Positions 1 through 13,496 of a DNA stretch of 64,000 nucleotides are shown one piece after another. The notes under the pieces were generated by a model. That model was not told the DNA's origin and made no database searches. It worked only from the letters and a program-made list of their open reading frames with translations. The stretch comes from Octopus vulgaris (lineage: Eukaryota): positions 17,112,001-17,176,000 of the forward strand of contig OX597835.1 of the NCBI GenBank assembly GCA_951406725.2. Direction: 5' to 3'. The translations under genes and the position numbers were made by a program. Positions within the stretch are counted from its first letter, which is position 1, and the number at the start of each line of letters is the position of its first letter.

Positions 1-603
1 TCTTATTGGTCTCTACACCAATTTGACTAATCCCAGAGAAATAAGCACCCAATCTGCTTATATACTCCACAATTACAGTAACGGCAAGGAACTGGAGTTA
101 CTAATTTGTATGGGTATAAATTCAATTTTAGTATCAACCTTGTAGTTTGCCTCAGAAAGACAGTCAATACTATTGGTTATCAGATAGATGTTACAGCGAA
201 AATTAAATGTTTCAAAGAAGATATATCTGAAAATCCTTGAATACCTGTTGGGTTAATAAAAACACAGACAAGGAGAAATGAGTTAGCAATACATTTTATT
301 GCATAGCTCTAGAATTGCTTCACCGACACCTTACGAGAAGAATAATTGCCCAAATAATATTATTTAATATACGAAATTATATATTGTAGGAATATTATTT
401 CAGCAACTCTTCAGGCGCTTGGGTTCATGCATTTACCTTGTAAGAAGACATAACTCAATATTTTTCTAAAAAAATCTCCAGATATGTTTTATTATTACGT
501 GTGAAGATATATATTCGCGCGTGTGTGCGTATGCGTATATATACGTGAGTGTATGTATAAATATATGTATATATGTATATGTGTGTGTATATATATATAT
601 ATG

Positions 604-658
<55 letters not shown>

Positions 659-961
659 GTTTATATATATATGTATATATATATGTACGTATGTATGTAT
701 GTATGTATGTATGTATGTATGCATAATGAGATAGAGGATTATGTTTATCGCTCGCATAAGAATATAAAAATATGAGCACATGCTATATTCATGAGTGGTG
801 GTAAAAAGAATATTTTTGTAATTATATATATATATGTATGTATATGGTTGTTATATTTATATTTCTGTGTTTTATACATATGTATATTCATTCATATATA
901 TGTATATAAGTCTGTACAAATTTACACATGCAGATATACGATGTTGTATATCTGTGTATGC

Positions 962-1004
<43 letters not shown>

Positions 1005-1686
1005 CACATACGTATACATATATATGTGTGCGTATACGTGTGCGTGTTTTATGAAATATCGATACAAAATGTAGTATATACACAGAGAGTGAGAGTGAAG
1101 AAAGATATAAGGGAATATAAACAAGAAATGTAGATGCCTATGTTGATGTATATATTTTGTTATTGTTTTTAGGGTTGGTAAATCCGCCATTATTAAACAT
1201 TTCAACGAGAGAATTGACACAACCGGTAAACTTCAACGTTACCAAAAACGTGTCTTTAACGAGCAAAACAATTTCAAAGCGAGTAGTTATGTGTACGTAC
1301 CTGTTGTTGAAAGTGTTAGTAGTAAGTATGTAATCAATGCACCCGCAAGTATCTTTCTATCCATGATTGATAATGATTATATGTTAGTCAGCTGCTCCAA
1401 GACGTCATGGTTCTGAAAAAGATGAAAGAACAATAAAATAATGGATATTATTATTGTTCCTACAATAAACATAACAAGCGGATACATTTCATTTTAGCGG
1501 CTCAGTGTATACTTTATAACATTTATATGGTTACGTTACTGATATGAAATAAGCGAAATGGCAAAGCCGCTTGACTGTTAGATAGATAGCTTCAGGCTAA
1601 TTTTTTTTCTCGCTCATATTTCAAATTTCGGCAAGGTCAAATATGCATGTCATCGTTTCGAAGTTGATTAAAATATAGCAATCATG

Positions 1687-2057
1687 TGCAAAATAATTGA
1701 TGTTGCGCGCCCTTTTTGACTCGGGAATAACCAACAAGAAAGACGAAAAATAGACGCATGCAATCCTCTTAAATACGAGATAGCTCGGCTGTAAAAATAA
1801 AGAAGGTGAAGATAGTACCAATTATTGTTGATCCATTAGGGACAGTACCAGAAGGCATCAAGAGGAATATAAAGGAAATCGGAATAGAGTGCCCAGTGGA
1901 AATGTTACAAAAGGTTTGCCTCCTCGGCAAAGTATGAAATAATTGAAAAGAACACATAGCAGGATACCAGAGGCTGCAGGTAGCAACTCCACAACAGATG
2001 CAACACTCCAGGTGTTCCAGCCGAACCTGAGCTAAAAGAAAATATAAATAATAATAA
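1687..2057 (+). mobile_element. R4/Dong-like non-LTR retrotransposon 3' fragment (degenerate restriction-like endonuclease, RLE)
   Basis: Manual translation CKIIDVA.P.D...EK...LKYEIARL*KIKKVKIVPIIVDPLGTVP...MLQKVCLLG with frameshifts and stops matches the PD-(D/E)xK RLE C-terminus; ends at a short (TAA)n. Confidence 0.8.
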
Positions 2058-2084
2058 TGGATTCATATTTCGGTACAATTTCAG

Positions 2085-2264
2085 GAGTAGGGATTAAGTC
2101 GATTACATCGACCCCCCCCCTGCAAACAACCGGTACTTATTTCATCGACCTCGAAAAGATGAAAGGCAAAGTCGACCTCCATGGAATTTCAACTGTGAAC
2201 GTAAAGGACAAAATACTGCAAAGGATCGTGTCTGGTGCAGTAACGGTTCTACCAGTTCGCCGCT

Positions 2265-2265
<1 letters not shown>
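2085..2265 (-). mobile_element. tRNA-derived SINE family B, diverged copy
   Basis: Reverse complement matches the copy at 38686-38915 (GCCTTTCATC..GGTCGAT..AAGTACC core). Confidence 0.8.
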
Positions 2266-2359
<94 letters not shown>

Positions 2360-2363
2360 AATA

Positions 2364-2436
<73 letters not shown>

Positions 2437-2438
<2 letters not shown>

Positions 2439-2945
2439 TGAAGTAACAGAGAACTGGTATGAGCATATACCATGTAAAGTTATGCTGGAGGATGGAAAAG
2501 TAACGATACTCTGGGACTATGATTTTCAGACGGATCGTGTAATCGAACACCGTCGGCCGGGTATTGCCATATTGAATAAGAGAGACAAATACTGTCAGAT
2601 CATTGATGTAGCGATACCAAATGATATGAATGACGTGAGTAAAGCGGTTCAAAAAATCACCAAATACTCCGAATTGAAAGTGGAAATGGCAAGACTGTAG
2701 GAAATGTGAGAGGGTAATGTAAAAGTGATACCAGTGGTGATCGGTGCGTTGGGCTCAATCCCATTGAAACTTCAAGTCTTCTTGAGGCAACTGCAAATCC
2801 CATGCAAGATTGATGTCTTGCTAAAGGCAGCCTTATTGGGCACAGAGCACATCTTAAGGAAAGTATTTTCTGTCTGAGGTCCTTGTTGTGACTTGAGAGA
2901 TGAATATAGACTCCGGTGCATTTTACCTACGCTGTGTTACGAGGG
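2437..2945 (+). mobile_element. R4/Dong-like retrotransposon 3' end (RLE domain + 3' UTR) within (TAA)n
   Basis: WYEHIP..V.EDGKVTILWDYDFQTDRVIEHRRP..I....CQIIDVAIP.D....KITKY..L..E..RL, continuing VIPVVIGALGSIP...KAALLGTEHILRKVF* (stop 2875-2877); TAA tracts on both sides. Confidence 0.9.
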
Positions 2946-2958
2946 AATAATAATAATA

Positions 2959-3514
<556 letters not shown>

Positions 3515-3539
3515 AATAATAATAATAATAATGATAATG

Positions 3540-3740
3540 GTTTCAAGATTTAGTAGAAGGACATCAATTTCGGTGATGGGGAAAGTTGATTACATCAGAC
3601 CCAGTACACAGCTGGTATTTATTTTATCGACCCCGAAAGGATGAAAGGTAAATTCGACCACAGCCGAATTTGAACTCACAAAGTTAATACCGCTAAGCAT
3701 TTGGTCCGGCGCACTAACGGTCCAGCCAGCCCGCTGCCTA
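3540..3740 (-). mobile_element. SINE family B, diverged copy
   Basis: TTATCGACCCCGAAAGGATGAAAGG core and ATTTGAACTC (B-box reverse complement). Confidence 0.8.
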
Positions 3741-3771
3741 AATAATAATAATAATAATAATAATAATAGTA

Positions 3772-3826
<55 letters not shown>

Positions 3827-3827
<1 letters not shown>

Positions 3828-4015
3828 TTCTAACTGGGCCCCACCTGCAAGGTCATGTGCTGTTTATCTTGATATGAAATCACCATGTCGCGCACATATG
3901 GTTGTGATGCATGTGCCTGGTGTACCCTTATCAGACGGGTAGTCATGATGGGTATACTGGGCTTCGTGTATTTTACCCCAGTGTCACTTTGATGGCATGC
4001 ACTGCTCTCTCACTC
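3827..4015 (+). mobile_element. Family T element, 5'-truncated, between (TAA)n tracts
   Basis: Close match to 3327-3514. Confidence 0.85.
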
Positions 4016-4062
<47 letters not shown>

Positions 4063-4128
4063 TAAAAGGACGGAAAGAGAGTTTTCTCAGATAACATAGC
4101 GGAGCTCATTAAGAAAATATGCTTGATA

Positions 4129-4198
<70 letters not shown>

Positions 4199-4349
4199 AT
4201 GTGCCTGTGTGTTTATGCTCGTGAGTGTATATGCGCTTGTGCGAGTATGCGTGATTGTGTGCATATCTGCTTGTGTGTATGAGTATTTATGTATATGTCG
4301 TTGGACGCATATGTGTGGGTTAGTGAGATCACATTTGTGGGAAATGTTT

Positions 4350-4391
<42 letters not shown>

Positions 4392-4765
4392 AAATCGTGT
4401 AGATATGCATTAGTATCAAACACAGTTATATTACATTCAATGGAACTCACTGGAACTTTTGTGATTGCAATTCAAGTCACGTTGTATCTTGCCTTTTGGG
4501 ACATTATTTCTTGTGTCGCCCTACAGCAAGATTTTAGCAATCCAATTTCACGTTTATATATATCAATATTTTTGTGTATACAATATGTAGTAATAACCTT
4601 TTTCTCTTCACTTCATTTATGTCTCCGCATACGCACACAAAGACACACAAATACATACATATACATATATATATGTACATATATTCCTATATCTATATCT
4701 ATAAACACACGCACACATATATATATATGCATATATATATACGTTTATGTATTGATGTGTGCATA

Positions 4766-4837
<72 letters not shown>

Positions 4838-4840
<3 letters not shown>

Positions 4841-5206
4841 GTTGGAGTGGCTGTGTGGTAAGTAGCTTGCTTACCAACCACATTGTTCCGGGTTCAATAC
4901 CACTGCATGGCCGACCAAATCCTTGTGAGTGGATTTGGTAGATGGAAACTGAAAGAAGCCCGTCGTATATATGCATGTGTGTGTGTGTGTGTGTGTTTGT
5001 GTGCCTGTGTTTGTCCCCCTAACATCACTTGACAATCCATGCTGCTGTGTTTACGTCCCCGTAGCCTAGCTGTTCGGCAAAAGAGACCGATAGAATAAGT
5101 ACTGGGCGTGCAGAGAATAAGTCCTGGGGTCTATTTGCTGGACTAAAGGCGGTGCTCCATCATGGCCACAGTCAAAATGACTGAAACGAATTAAAGAGTA
5201 AAAGAA
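4838..5206 (+). mobile_element. tRNA-derived SINE family A (CORE-like), internal deletion
   Basis: Head GGAGTGGCTGTGTGG...GGTTCAATACC (A/B boxes), internal (TG)n, tail ...GGCGGTGCTCCA.CATGGCC.CAGTCAAATGACTGAAAC shared with 19134, 37405 and 45878. Confidence 0.85.
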
Positions 5207-6984
5207 TATGTGTATGTATGTATGTATGTATGTATGTATGTATGTATGTATGTATGTATGTATTTATGTATGTATGTATGTATGTATGTATGTATGTATG
5301 TATGTATGTATGTATGTATGTATGTTTGTATGTATGTATGTATGTATGTATGTATGTATGTATGTATATATCTGTCTGTCTATTTATCTGTATTTGGAAC
5401 ATAAATCTGAAACAAACCGAATCGACGGCAGAGCGACACCGTGTCGAAATATATCGCAGTTATCCTATGATGCCTTGAGTATTATGCTATTTTCAAAAGG
5501 GGTTCGTAAGCTTTTCCTGAATCTAGCCATACCGGTGCCTTCGATTCTACATTTTAAACATGTTGTAGGTACGTGTCTCACAATATGTATTCATACATTT
5601 ATTTGATAGAAATCTATAAGTTACATAGATTTCTCTTGCCTTCACACTTACTAAATAATATTTTTCTATAATTCAGAATCTCATATTCGCTATTCATTTT
5701 TCCCAAGAGAATATATTTCCTATTGTACAAAAACAATTTTTGATTAGTGGCCGCACATATCAAACATGTACAAAGACGCCATTTCCAATAATACGTCCTG
5801 TTCTTCAATTGTATACTTCGTTACCCGCTTCCGGTGGTTTCATTTCTTTCCCAATTGAACTCTCTAACACAAGTTTGCCATGTTATTTCCTGTGTGAAGT
5901 TACAACGGAATGAAGAAGGTGAGATATACGCATATGGTAGTTTCCTGTAGGACATGGACGCGTCTAAGTAACTTTGAAAGAAAGACTTATGAAGAAGTGA
6001 GAAATAATGGAGAGTGAGCGAACTGAAATGAGGTAGAAAGAAGAAAGGAGAATGCAATAAAGAAGTTCAAATATGAAGTTAAATGTCAGCAACAGGGATT
6101 AATAATTATCTAAGGTCAGAAATTAGGTCTTACAACTTACTATATTTTAAATTTAAATGTCTGGAAATCCACCCGAAGTTGGCTTACATTTTCTTGCATT
6201 GAAGATTTCATTTTATTATATGAATGGAATATTTAGCTCACTAAATAAACACCATTAGCAAACATTTCAATATCTTCAATTACAGTATGTAATTAATTTT
6301 TTTCCTAATAAATGAATTAACTGTCAACTATTGGGTGTCAAAGTAACTGTATATATCTTTCGTTATGATTGATAACCTCGTTTTAGAAATAACAACCTGT
6401 TCTTAATTTTAAAGTCATACTGGCATTTTGAGGTCCAACTCAGGTTTTGTAGCAAAATAAACTTCGTCAGAAGCAGATGCGTATCGCAGGAGTTTTTTTG
6501 CTGTTATTGTTGTTGTTATTGTCTATGATGATGTTGATTAAGATGATGGTGGTGGTGGTGGTGGTGGTTGTGGTGATGATGATGATATTGAAGATAGTGG
6601 TGGTGGTGTTCCTGCCGCTCATGATTATGATGTAATGGTGATAATGATGGTGATGGTGATGATAAAGATGATGATGATGGAAAGAAGTTAGGTAAAAACC
6701 ACCAAGGGCCCACTGCCGAGACCCAGAAGCTTGCCCGCTTGAATAGGTATGTATGATAAACTCCGTCACATACGTGGCAGAAGTAGCACAACACTTCAAG
6801 AAAACTCAATGAAAAGAATTACATTGGGTCATCTGAAGGCAATTTTAAGAGACGTTATGCAAACCACCCAACTACTTTCCAGCATATCGACAAAAGTAAT
6901 GCAACTAAGTTGGCCAGATAAGTATGGAATTTAAAGAGCAACTCCCCACTACAATTAAGTGGAGAAACATGGAAACAGAAGGAA

Positions 6985-7309
6985 GGAGCACTCCGTCGGT
7001 TACGACGACGAGGGTCCCAGCTGATATGATCAACAGAACAGCCTGCTCGTGAAATTAACGTGCAAGTGGCTGAGCACTCCACAGACACGTGTACCCTTAA
7101 CGTAGTTCTCAGGGAGATTAAGCGTGACACACAGTGTGACAAGGCCGGCCCTTTGAAATACTGGTACAACTCATTTTTGCCAGCTGAGCGGACTGGAGCA
7201 ACATGAAATAAAGTGTATTGCTCAAGGACACAACGCGTCGCTTGGAATCGAACTCACGACCTTACAATCGTGAGCCGAATGCCCTAACCACTAAGCCACG
7301 CGCCTTCAC
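6985..7309 (-). mobile_element. tRNA-derived SINE family D (own head, tail shared with family C)
   Basis: Reverse-complement head GAAGGCGCGTGGCTTAGTGG...GTTCGATTCC, then GTGTCCTTGAGCAA; tail matches family C; approximate TSD AACATGGA(A/G)ACA. Confidence 0.85.
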
Positions 7310-7720
7310 AACATGGAGACAACCAAGCCATACGTTAACGGATCTGAGAAATGAAACTTATGCATTGCTGAAAGATCTCATTTCCTTCTTAGATCCAAGA
7401 ATCACACAGCACACTGCCTAATTCTAGATCTGAAATTTTTAGCTGGTGCAAACACATGGACAAGCTTCTTTCGTTGAACTAGAGGACACCACCCGCTCCC
7501 GATTGAGTTGCTGTCTCGTAGACTTTAATATATTTTCTGTTGTTTTGTTTTATACCACTTGCATTAGTTGAGGTTTCTGTACTTTCCTTGCTTTCGTTTA
7601 TTTATTTTCGTTCCTCGTTCCAGCTTCTGCATCAACTTCTTTCGAGGTTATTTTATGTTTTTTATTCTTCTTATTTCATCACTGTCCAGTATCATAGTTT
7701 TTAAAATATATCTAACGCAT

Positions 7721-8104
7721 GTGGAAGCACTCCGTCGGTTACGACGACGAGGGTTCCGGTTGATCCGAATCAACGGAACAGCCTGCTCGTAAAATTAACG
7801 TGTAAGTGGCTGAGCACTCCACAGACACGTGTACCCTTAACGTAGTTCTCGGGGATATTCAGCATGACACAGAGAGTGACAAGGCCGGCCCTTTGAAATA
7901 CAGGTACAACAGAAACAGGAAGTAAGAGTGAGAGAAAGTTGTGGTGAAAGAGTACAGCAGGGATCACCACCATCCCTGCCGGAGCCTCGTGGAGCTTTTA
8001 AGTGTTTTCGCTCAATAAACACTCACAACGCCCGGTCTGGGAATCGAAACCGCGATCCTACGACCGCGAGTCCGCTGCCCTAACCACTGGGCCATTGCGC
8101 CTCC
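7721..8104 (-). mobile_element. tRNA-derived SINE family C, full length, young
   Basis: Reverse-complement head GGAGGCGCAATGGCCCAGTGGTTAGG...GTTTCGATTCC; TSD ATCTAACGC(A/G)T at 7710-7720 and 8105-8115; near-identical to 28761, 29294 and 58116. Confidence 0.92.
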
Positions 8105-8374
8105 ATCTAACGCGTAAACAGAGCCTAAAAGATTGCTTGGAGATACATGGCGTATTTTATAAATATGCCTATTGAAGTATCGTAACAGTATGAAACTATT
8201 AGTAATTCTTTCAGTAACTGTATTAAATTGATGTTTATCTCTCTCACTGGATGGAGAATTATTTTGTTGATTCTACGTGTACTGGGTCTAAAATTTGTAT
8301 GTAAACAGAAGAGTTCCTGAAGTATGTATATCCAGTAAAATACACATCCAAACTGTTGCTGACATCAGGTAACC

Positions 8375-8606
8375 TATTTCTTTATTACCCACAAGGGGCT
8401 AAACATAGAGGGGACAAACAAGGACAGACATAGGTATTAAGTCGATTACATCGACCCCAGTGCGTAACTGGTACTTAATTTATCGACCCCGAAAGGATGA
8501 AAGGTAAAGTCGACCTCGGCGGAATTTGAACTCACAACGTAACGTCAGACGAAATACGGCTCCGCATTTCGCCCGGAGTGCTAACGTTTCTGCCAGCTCT
8601 CCGCCT
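8375..8606 (-). mobile_element. SINE family B, full length, with TSD
   Basis: 10-bp TSD TCAGGTAACC at 8365-8374 and 8607-8616; tRNA-like head and GGGGTCGATAAATTAAGTACC core. Confidence 0.92.
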
Positions 8607-8917
8607 TCAGGTAACCGAATACTGTGCACAGGCTTTAAAAAATATGCTGTAAGGTGTATACCAGAATAGAAAATTATTACTTTTATACACGCGCATAGAC
8701 AGACACACGCACATATATATTGTACATTATCAACAAGAGGAACATATATTTAATTGATTCAATTGAATTTATTCATCTACCAGTAATGGGAATCTCGGTT
8801 TAACTATGGAATAACTGTTCAGATAATAAATTTATTGATAGAATAACATACTTCGAGTACCCATCAAATACATAGAACGTTATCTACATACGCACGAAAA
8901 TTACGCTTTGTTCGGTC

Positions 8918-8998
8918 CGAGGTGCCACGCAGTGGGACCGAACCCGGAACCATGTGGCTGGAAAGGAAAATTCTTACCACACATCCACTCCTGCGCCT
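8918..8998 (-). mobile_element. SINE family A head fragment
   Basis: Reverse complement GGCGCAGGAGTGGATGTGTGGTAAG...GGTTCGGTCCCACTGCGTGGCACC. Confidence 0.8.
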
Positions 8999-9572
8999 AT
9001 ACACTAGATAATTCTCTTTTTTTTTTTTTTTGAATTATACACCCACTCCAATACCCGATAACACAGAATCAACCCTAGACACATTAGTCGATATTTTCTC
9101 CACTCCGACAACCTACACCCAACCACCTGTGAACATTAACCCACACTTTTTCTACATCCCACCCTAACAATCTAACTTAACTCATACCCCGTATACACCC
9201 TTAGCCTACCCTGTACACACCCTTAACATTGCAGACAACTGAGTCAATGTCACTCAAAATTGAAATTCTCCAATGTCTTTTTCTCAATGTCTTTCTTTTT
9301 TTGGGTTATATTTCAAGTGTTTTTTTTTGTTTTCTTTAAAGATTTTCTAAAAAAAACAAAAAACAAAAAAACAAATTATTCTTTGTTATATATTTATTTA
9401 TTTATTCATTTTTTTTTTTATCTTGATTCTGTCGTTTTCCAAACTTCTGTCAGCTCTTCAATTCTTCACTTTGCGCATCAATGATTCCAACAGTGTGCTC
9501 AGCTAATTACCTTTACCAACTCACACAGTAATTAACCACACCCTCTCCACTCTCACCAGCACCACCAGCACC

Positions 9573-9604
<32 letters not shown>

Positions 9605-10092
9605 CCACGCACAACAACTTGTAGACGTCATGGATGACGTCATCACTAACATCATCATCATCACCGTCATCAATATCACCATTTTCATCATCACTAGCAT
9701 CAGCAGCAGCGCCACCATCACCACTAGCGCCGCCTATTCTTGTTTGGTTCCATACTCACCCCACCCCACCCCACCCCACCACGTTTGCTCAACCTAAACT
9801 CTGTTCTGTGTATTTCTTTTCACCTTGTCTCAGATTCCACCATTCCATTCTCTCCACCTCCCTCTGTCTTCGCCTCCTATTCTCCTTGTCTTTCCCCCTC
9901 TCCACCTCCCCCTTCATGTGTTTAGTTACCCCTCCCTCACCGTCTCCATCTACCTGACTCTTTTCCCCTTCCCCTTCTCCCCTCTCCCTTCTGTCTGTGT
10001 GACTGTCTCTCATTCCATGTTTCTAATTAATTGGTTGCCTAATTATTTCCAATATCAGTGTCTGTGTATCTGTATGGTTCTTTGTCTATCTG

Positions 10093-10147
<55 letters not shown>

Positions 10148-10421
10148 GTTTATCCATTTGTCAATCTGTCTGTCTGTATGTCTGCCTGCTTTTCTCTCTT
10201 TCTCTCTATCAATGTATCTGGGTGTGTGTCTATCTATTTGTCTGTCTATGTGTACACAGGCGGTGAACATACGTGTGTACATAATGCATACACACATACG
10301 TATGTAAGTAGAGGTGAGTGTGTATGTATGTATATATATATATATATATGTATATATAATGTATATATATATGTATATATATGTATATATATGTATGTAT
10401 ATATATATGTATATATATATG

Positions 10422-10453
<32 letters not shown>

Positions 10454-11329
10454 ACTATATGTGTTTGAATGTGCGTCATAATATGTATGTAAATATATAT
10501 ATATATATATATCATATACATCATATATATAAACACACACACACATTTGGATATATATGTGTGTATGAGTGTGGACGTGTGTGTGCGGGCGTGCGTGTGT
10601 GCGTGTGTGTGTTTGTGGTTACACTGACACAACTATTGAATCAACACTATAATTAGCCTCAATCGGTTGTATTATCCATTGTATGAACAATCTCTCCCAC
10701 TCTCATCCTCCCCTTCAACTTTCACTTTCCTCTTTCCCCTCCTCCTCCTTCTCACCATCACCACCACCACCACCACCACCACCACCACCACCAAAGCAAT
10801 TTGCATGACGTTCTACGGATTTTACGCACAACAACAAACGTCACGTTATGTTCATTCACAAAACACCTCTATACACGTCTCCAGTCATCTGCTCTCACAT
10901 TTAGATAATACTTAGCTGATGAGGTCTTATAAAGCCGGATTATGTACAGAGTTGTCATCGCTACTGATAAAGGCCAGAATCATTCTCCATTGTATTCTAT
11001 GTATATTGAAGTGAAATTTATTGGATAGACCAATTTCTTGCTGACTATCCTGCACAGATATTTTGTTTTTAAATAATTTTTCGGTGGGAAAATTTTGCCG
11101 CAGGGAATTTCACTATACAAGACGCTCAAAAACTAGATCAATTATTTTAAAGAAATTAGCTTTCTCTAATCTGTAGTTAAGTTGATGAAGATGTCATTCG
11201 AACAAAACGGATAATTGTCTTTTTTTTCTTTTCCTTTTGGCAATTCATTATATTTTTATGGCGGAGTTTCTTAGGGCAAAAATGTTTTGGTTGAAATTTC
11301 CTGTAACTTAATCAAATGTCTGTGCTGCA

Positions 11330-11562
11330 CATAAATTAATCCCCTCCATAAGATCGATGTTGCCTTTAAAAGTCCACCATGTAACACAGGTCAGATGTCA
11401 CCAGTCAAATCACCCTCAAAACACGCCATGTTGTCTTATAAAAGTTGGGAAATAGAGTCCAACATGATACTAGATATAAAAATGACAGGGCTATCACGGT
11501 CGAAATTGCTGTGATCTTAGGTATCCTTGTTCTGGACTATCCAGGGGTTAAACAACAACACC
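11330..11562 (+). mobile_element. Old SINE-like family E remnant (ends ..GGGG(C/T)TAAACAACAAC)
   Basis: Related diverged pieces at about 29205-29280, 30255-30350, 37055-37260 and (minus strand) 55700-56110. Confidence 0.5.
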
Positions 11563-11659
11563 AGAGGCTTTTATTAATACTACCATCGACCGTACCCTTG
11601 GTTCTATCATCAATATTCCTACCAACGCCGTCGTCATCGTGTCGTTACCATCACAATTC

Positions 11660-11738
11660 TTCTTCTTATTATTATTCAGGTCACTGCCTGGAATTGGACT
11701 CGGTATCTTGTGGTTAGTAGTCCGCACTCTTAACCATT
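11660..11738 (-). mobile_element. Isolated tRNA-like head of SINE family G
   Basis: Reverse complement TGGTTAAGAGTGCGGACTACTAACCACAAGATACCGAGTCCAATTCCAGGCAGTGACCTGAATAATAA matches the head at 11812. Confidence 0.8.
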
Positions 11739-11811
11739 TGATATGTAAATGGGTGAATATTCTACATATAGCTATACTCAGAATGTTTTTTCTTGGAATC
11801 AGCATGACACA

Positions 11812-11876
11812 GGGCGTAGTGGTTAAGAGCACGGGTTACTAATACCAATATTCCGAGTTCGATTCCAGGCAGTGAT

Positions 11877-11913
<37 letters not shown>

Positions 11914-12142
11914 TGCTATTAAGTTAGACATGGCCTGGACCAATCTTTGGTCGAAACATATCTAAGTTTATCTAATAATAATAATAATAATAACAACAAC
12001 AGCATCGAAAACTACCTTAGGAAGGAGGATTCAGGTTAAAAATTTCCCCAAGGCACTTGATGAAAGCTGGAGGGTATATCAACCGAAACGTAGTGTTAAC
12101 AACAAACAAGATGAGGACAAATATCCGTAAATTGTAAATAAT

Positions 12143-12145
<3 letters not shown>
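11812..12145 (+). mobile_element. SINE family G: tRNA-like head + (TAA)n spacer + hammerhead-bearing tail
   Basis: A box GGCGTAGTGG, B box GTTCGATTCC; second copy at 62428-62715; tail has YUGAUGA/stem/GAAA motif at 12052-12097. Confidence 0.8.
12052..12097 (+). ncRNA. Putative minimal type I hammerhead ribozyme (short stem III), C3U copy
   Basis: GGCAC-TTGATGA-A-AGCTGG-AGGGTATA-TCAACC-GAAA-CGTA-GTGTT; stem I GGCAC/GTGTT; stem II has two mismatches in this copy. Confidence 0.55.
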
Positions 12146-12201
<56 letters not shown>

Positions 12202-12587
12202 GAGTGAGAGAGCAGTGCATGCCATCAAAGTGACACTGGGGTAATATATACGAAGCCCAGTATACCCATCATGACTACCCGTCTGATAAGGGTACACCAG
12301 GCACATGCATCACAACCATATGTGCGCGACATGATGATATCATATCAAGATAAACAGCACATGACCTTACAGGAGGGGCCCAGTTAGAATTTTCCTCTGG
12401 TCGAGTAGCCCATCCCGCTCAAAATGTCCCTGAATAAAGGTTGTTTAAGGATGCTGAATGAAACATTCATGTTTCCAGAGGTAAATTATTCAAACTCCAA
12501 GGAATCCCTCTCAGCACATGGCTATGATGTTCCCCCACTACTTCTGCTCATGATCAGAGATGCACATATCGTCAGCCACTAAGGGGC
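12202..12587 (-). mobile_element. Family T element within (TTA)n
   Basis: Reverse complement of the family T 3' portion; TTA tracts on both sides. Confidence 0.85.
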
Positions 12588-12675
<88 letters not shown>

Positions 12676-12939
12676 CGCAAGCTTCAAGAGCAGCAGGATC
12701 GCCAACACATCCACCACCATCACAAGGAAGCACGAACGTGAATACTACAACCAATGCGCCAGTCCCCACAAACACTCTCAACAAAAAAAATCTGACACTG
12801 ACCCCGCCACCACTGTCCCAAACGCACCCCCCACCCCGACAAAATCAACATCGCAACCACCACCTCCGAAATCACTACAATCAGCACCACTGCCCCAACC
12901 ATCGCAACCATTGCCACTAAAAAGTCACCATTGCAACCG

Positions 12940-13465
12940 CAGCCACCACCACCACCACCACCACCACCACCGCCACCGCCACCGCCACCACCACCACCAC
13001 CACAACTACTACTATCACCGGAGCATTTAGAAACCATGAAACCCTTCACCACCAACACCACCACCACCACCACCTCCACCACTACCACCACCACCACAAC
13101 TACTACTATCACCGGAGCCATTACAACCATCAAAACCTTCACCACCACCTTCACCACAACCATCACCAACAACAACAACAACAACAACACCACCACCGCC
13201 GCCACCACCACTACCACTACCACCACCACCACAACCACCGCCGCCGCCGCCACCACCACCACCACCACAACCACCACCACCACCACAACTACTACTATCA
13301 CCGGAGCATTTAGAAACCATGAAGCCCTTCACCACCAACACCACCACCACCACCACCTCCACCACTACCACCACCACAACTACTACTATCACCGGAGCCA
13401 TTACAACCATCAAAACCTTCACCACCACCTTCACCACCACCATCACCACCACCATCACCACCACC

Positions 13466-13496
<31 letters not shown>

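Noticed and set aside
455-1220. Numerous YI/IY, MYVC, HTYI, poly-I/N/L ORFs here and throughout the window
   Set aside because: Translations of (TA)n, (TATG)n, (TATC)n and (TAA)n microsatellites; open in several frames on both strands.
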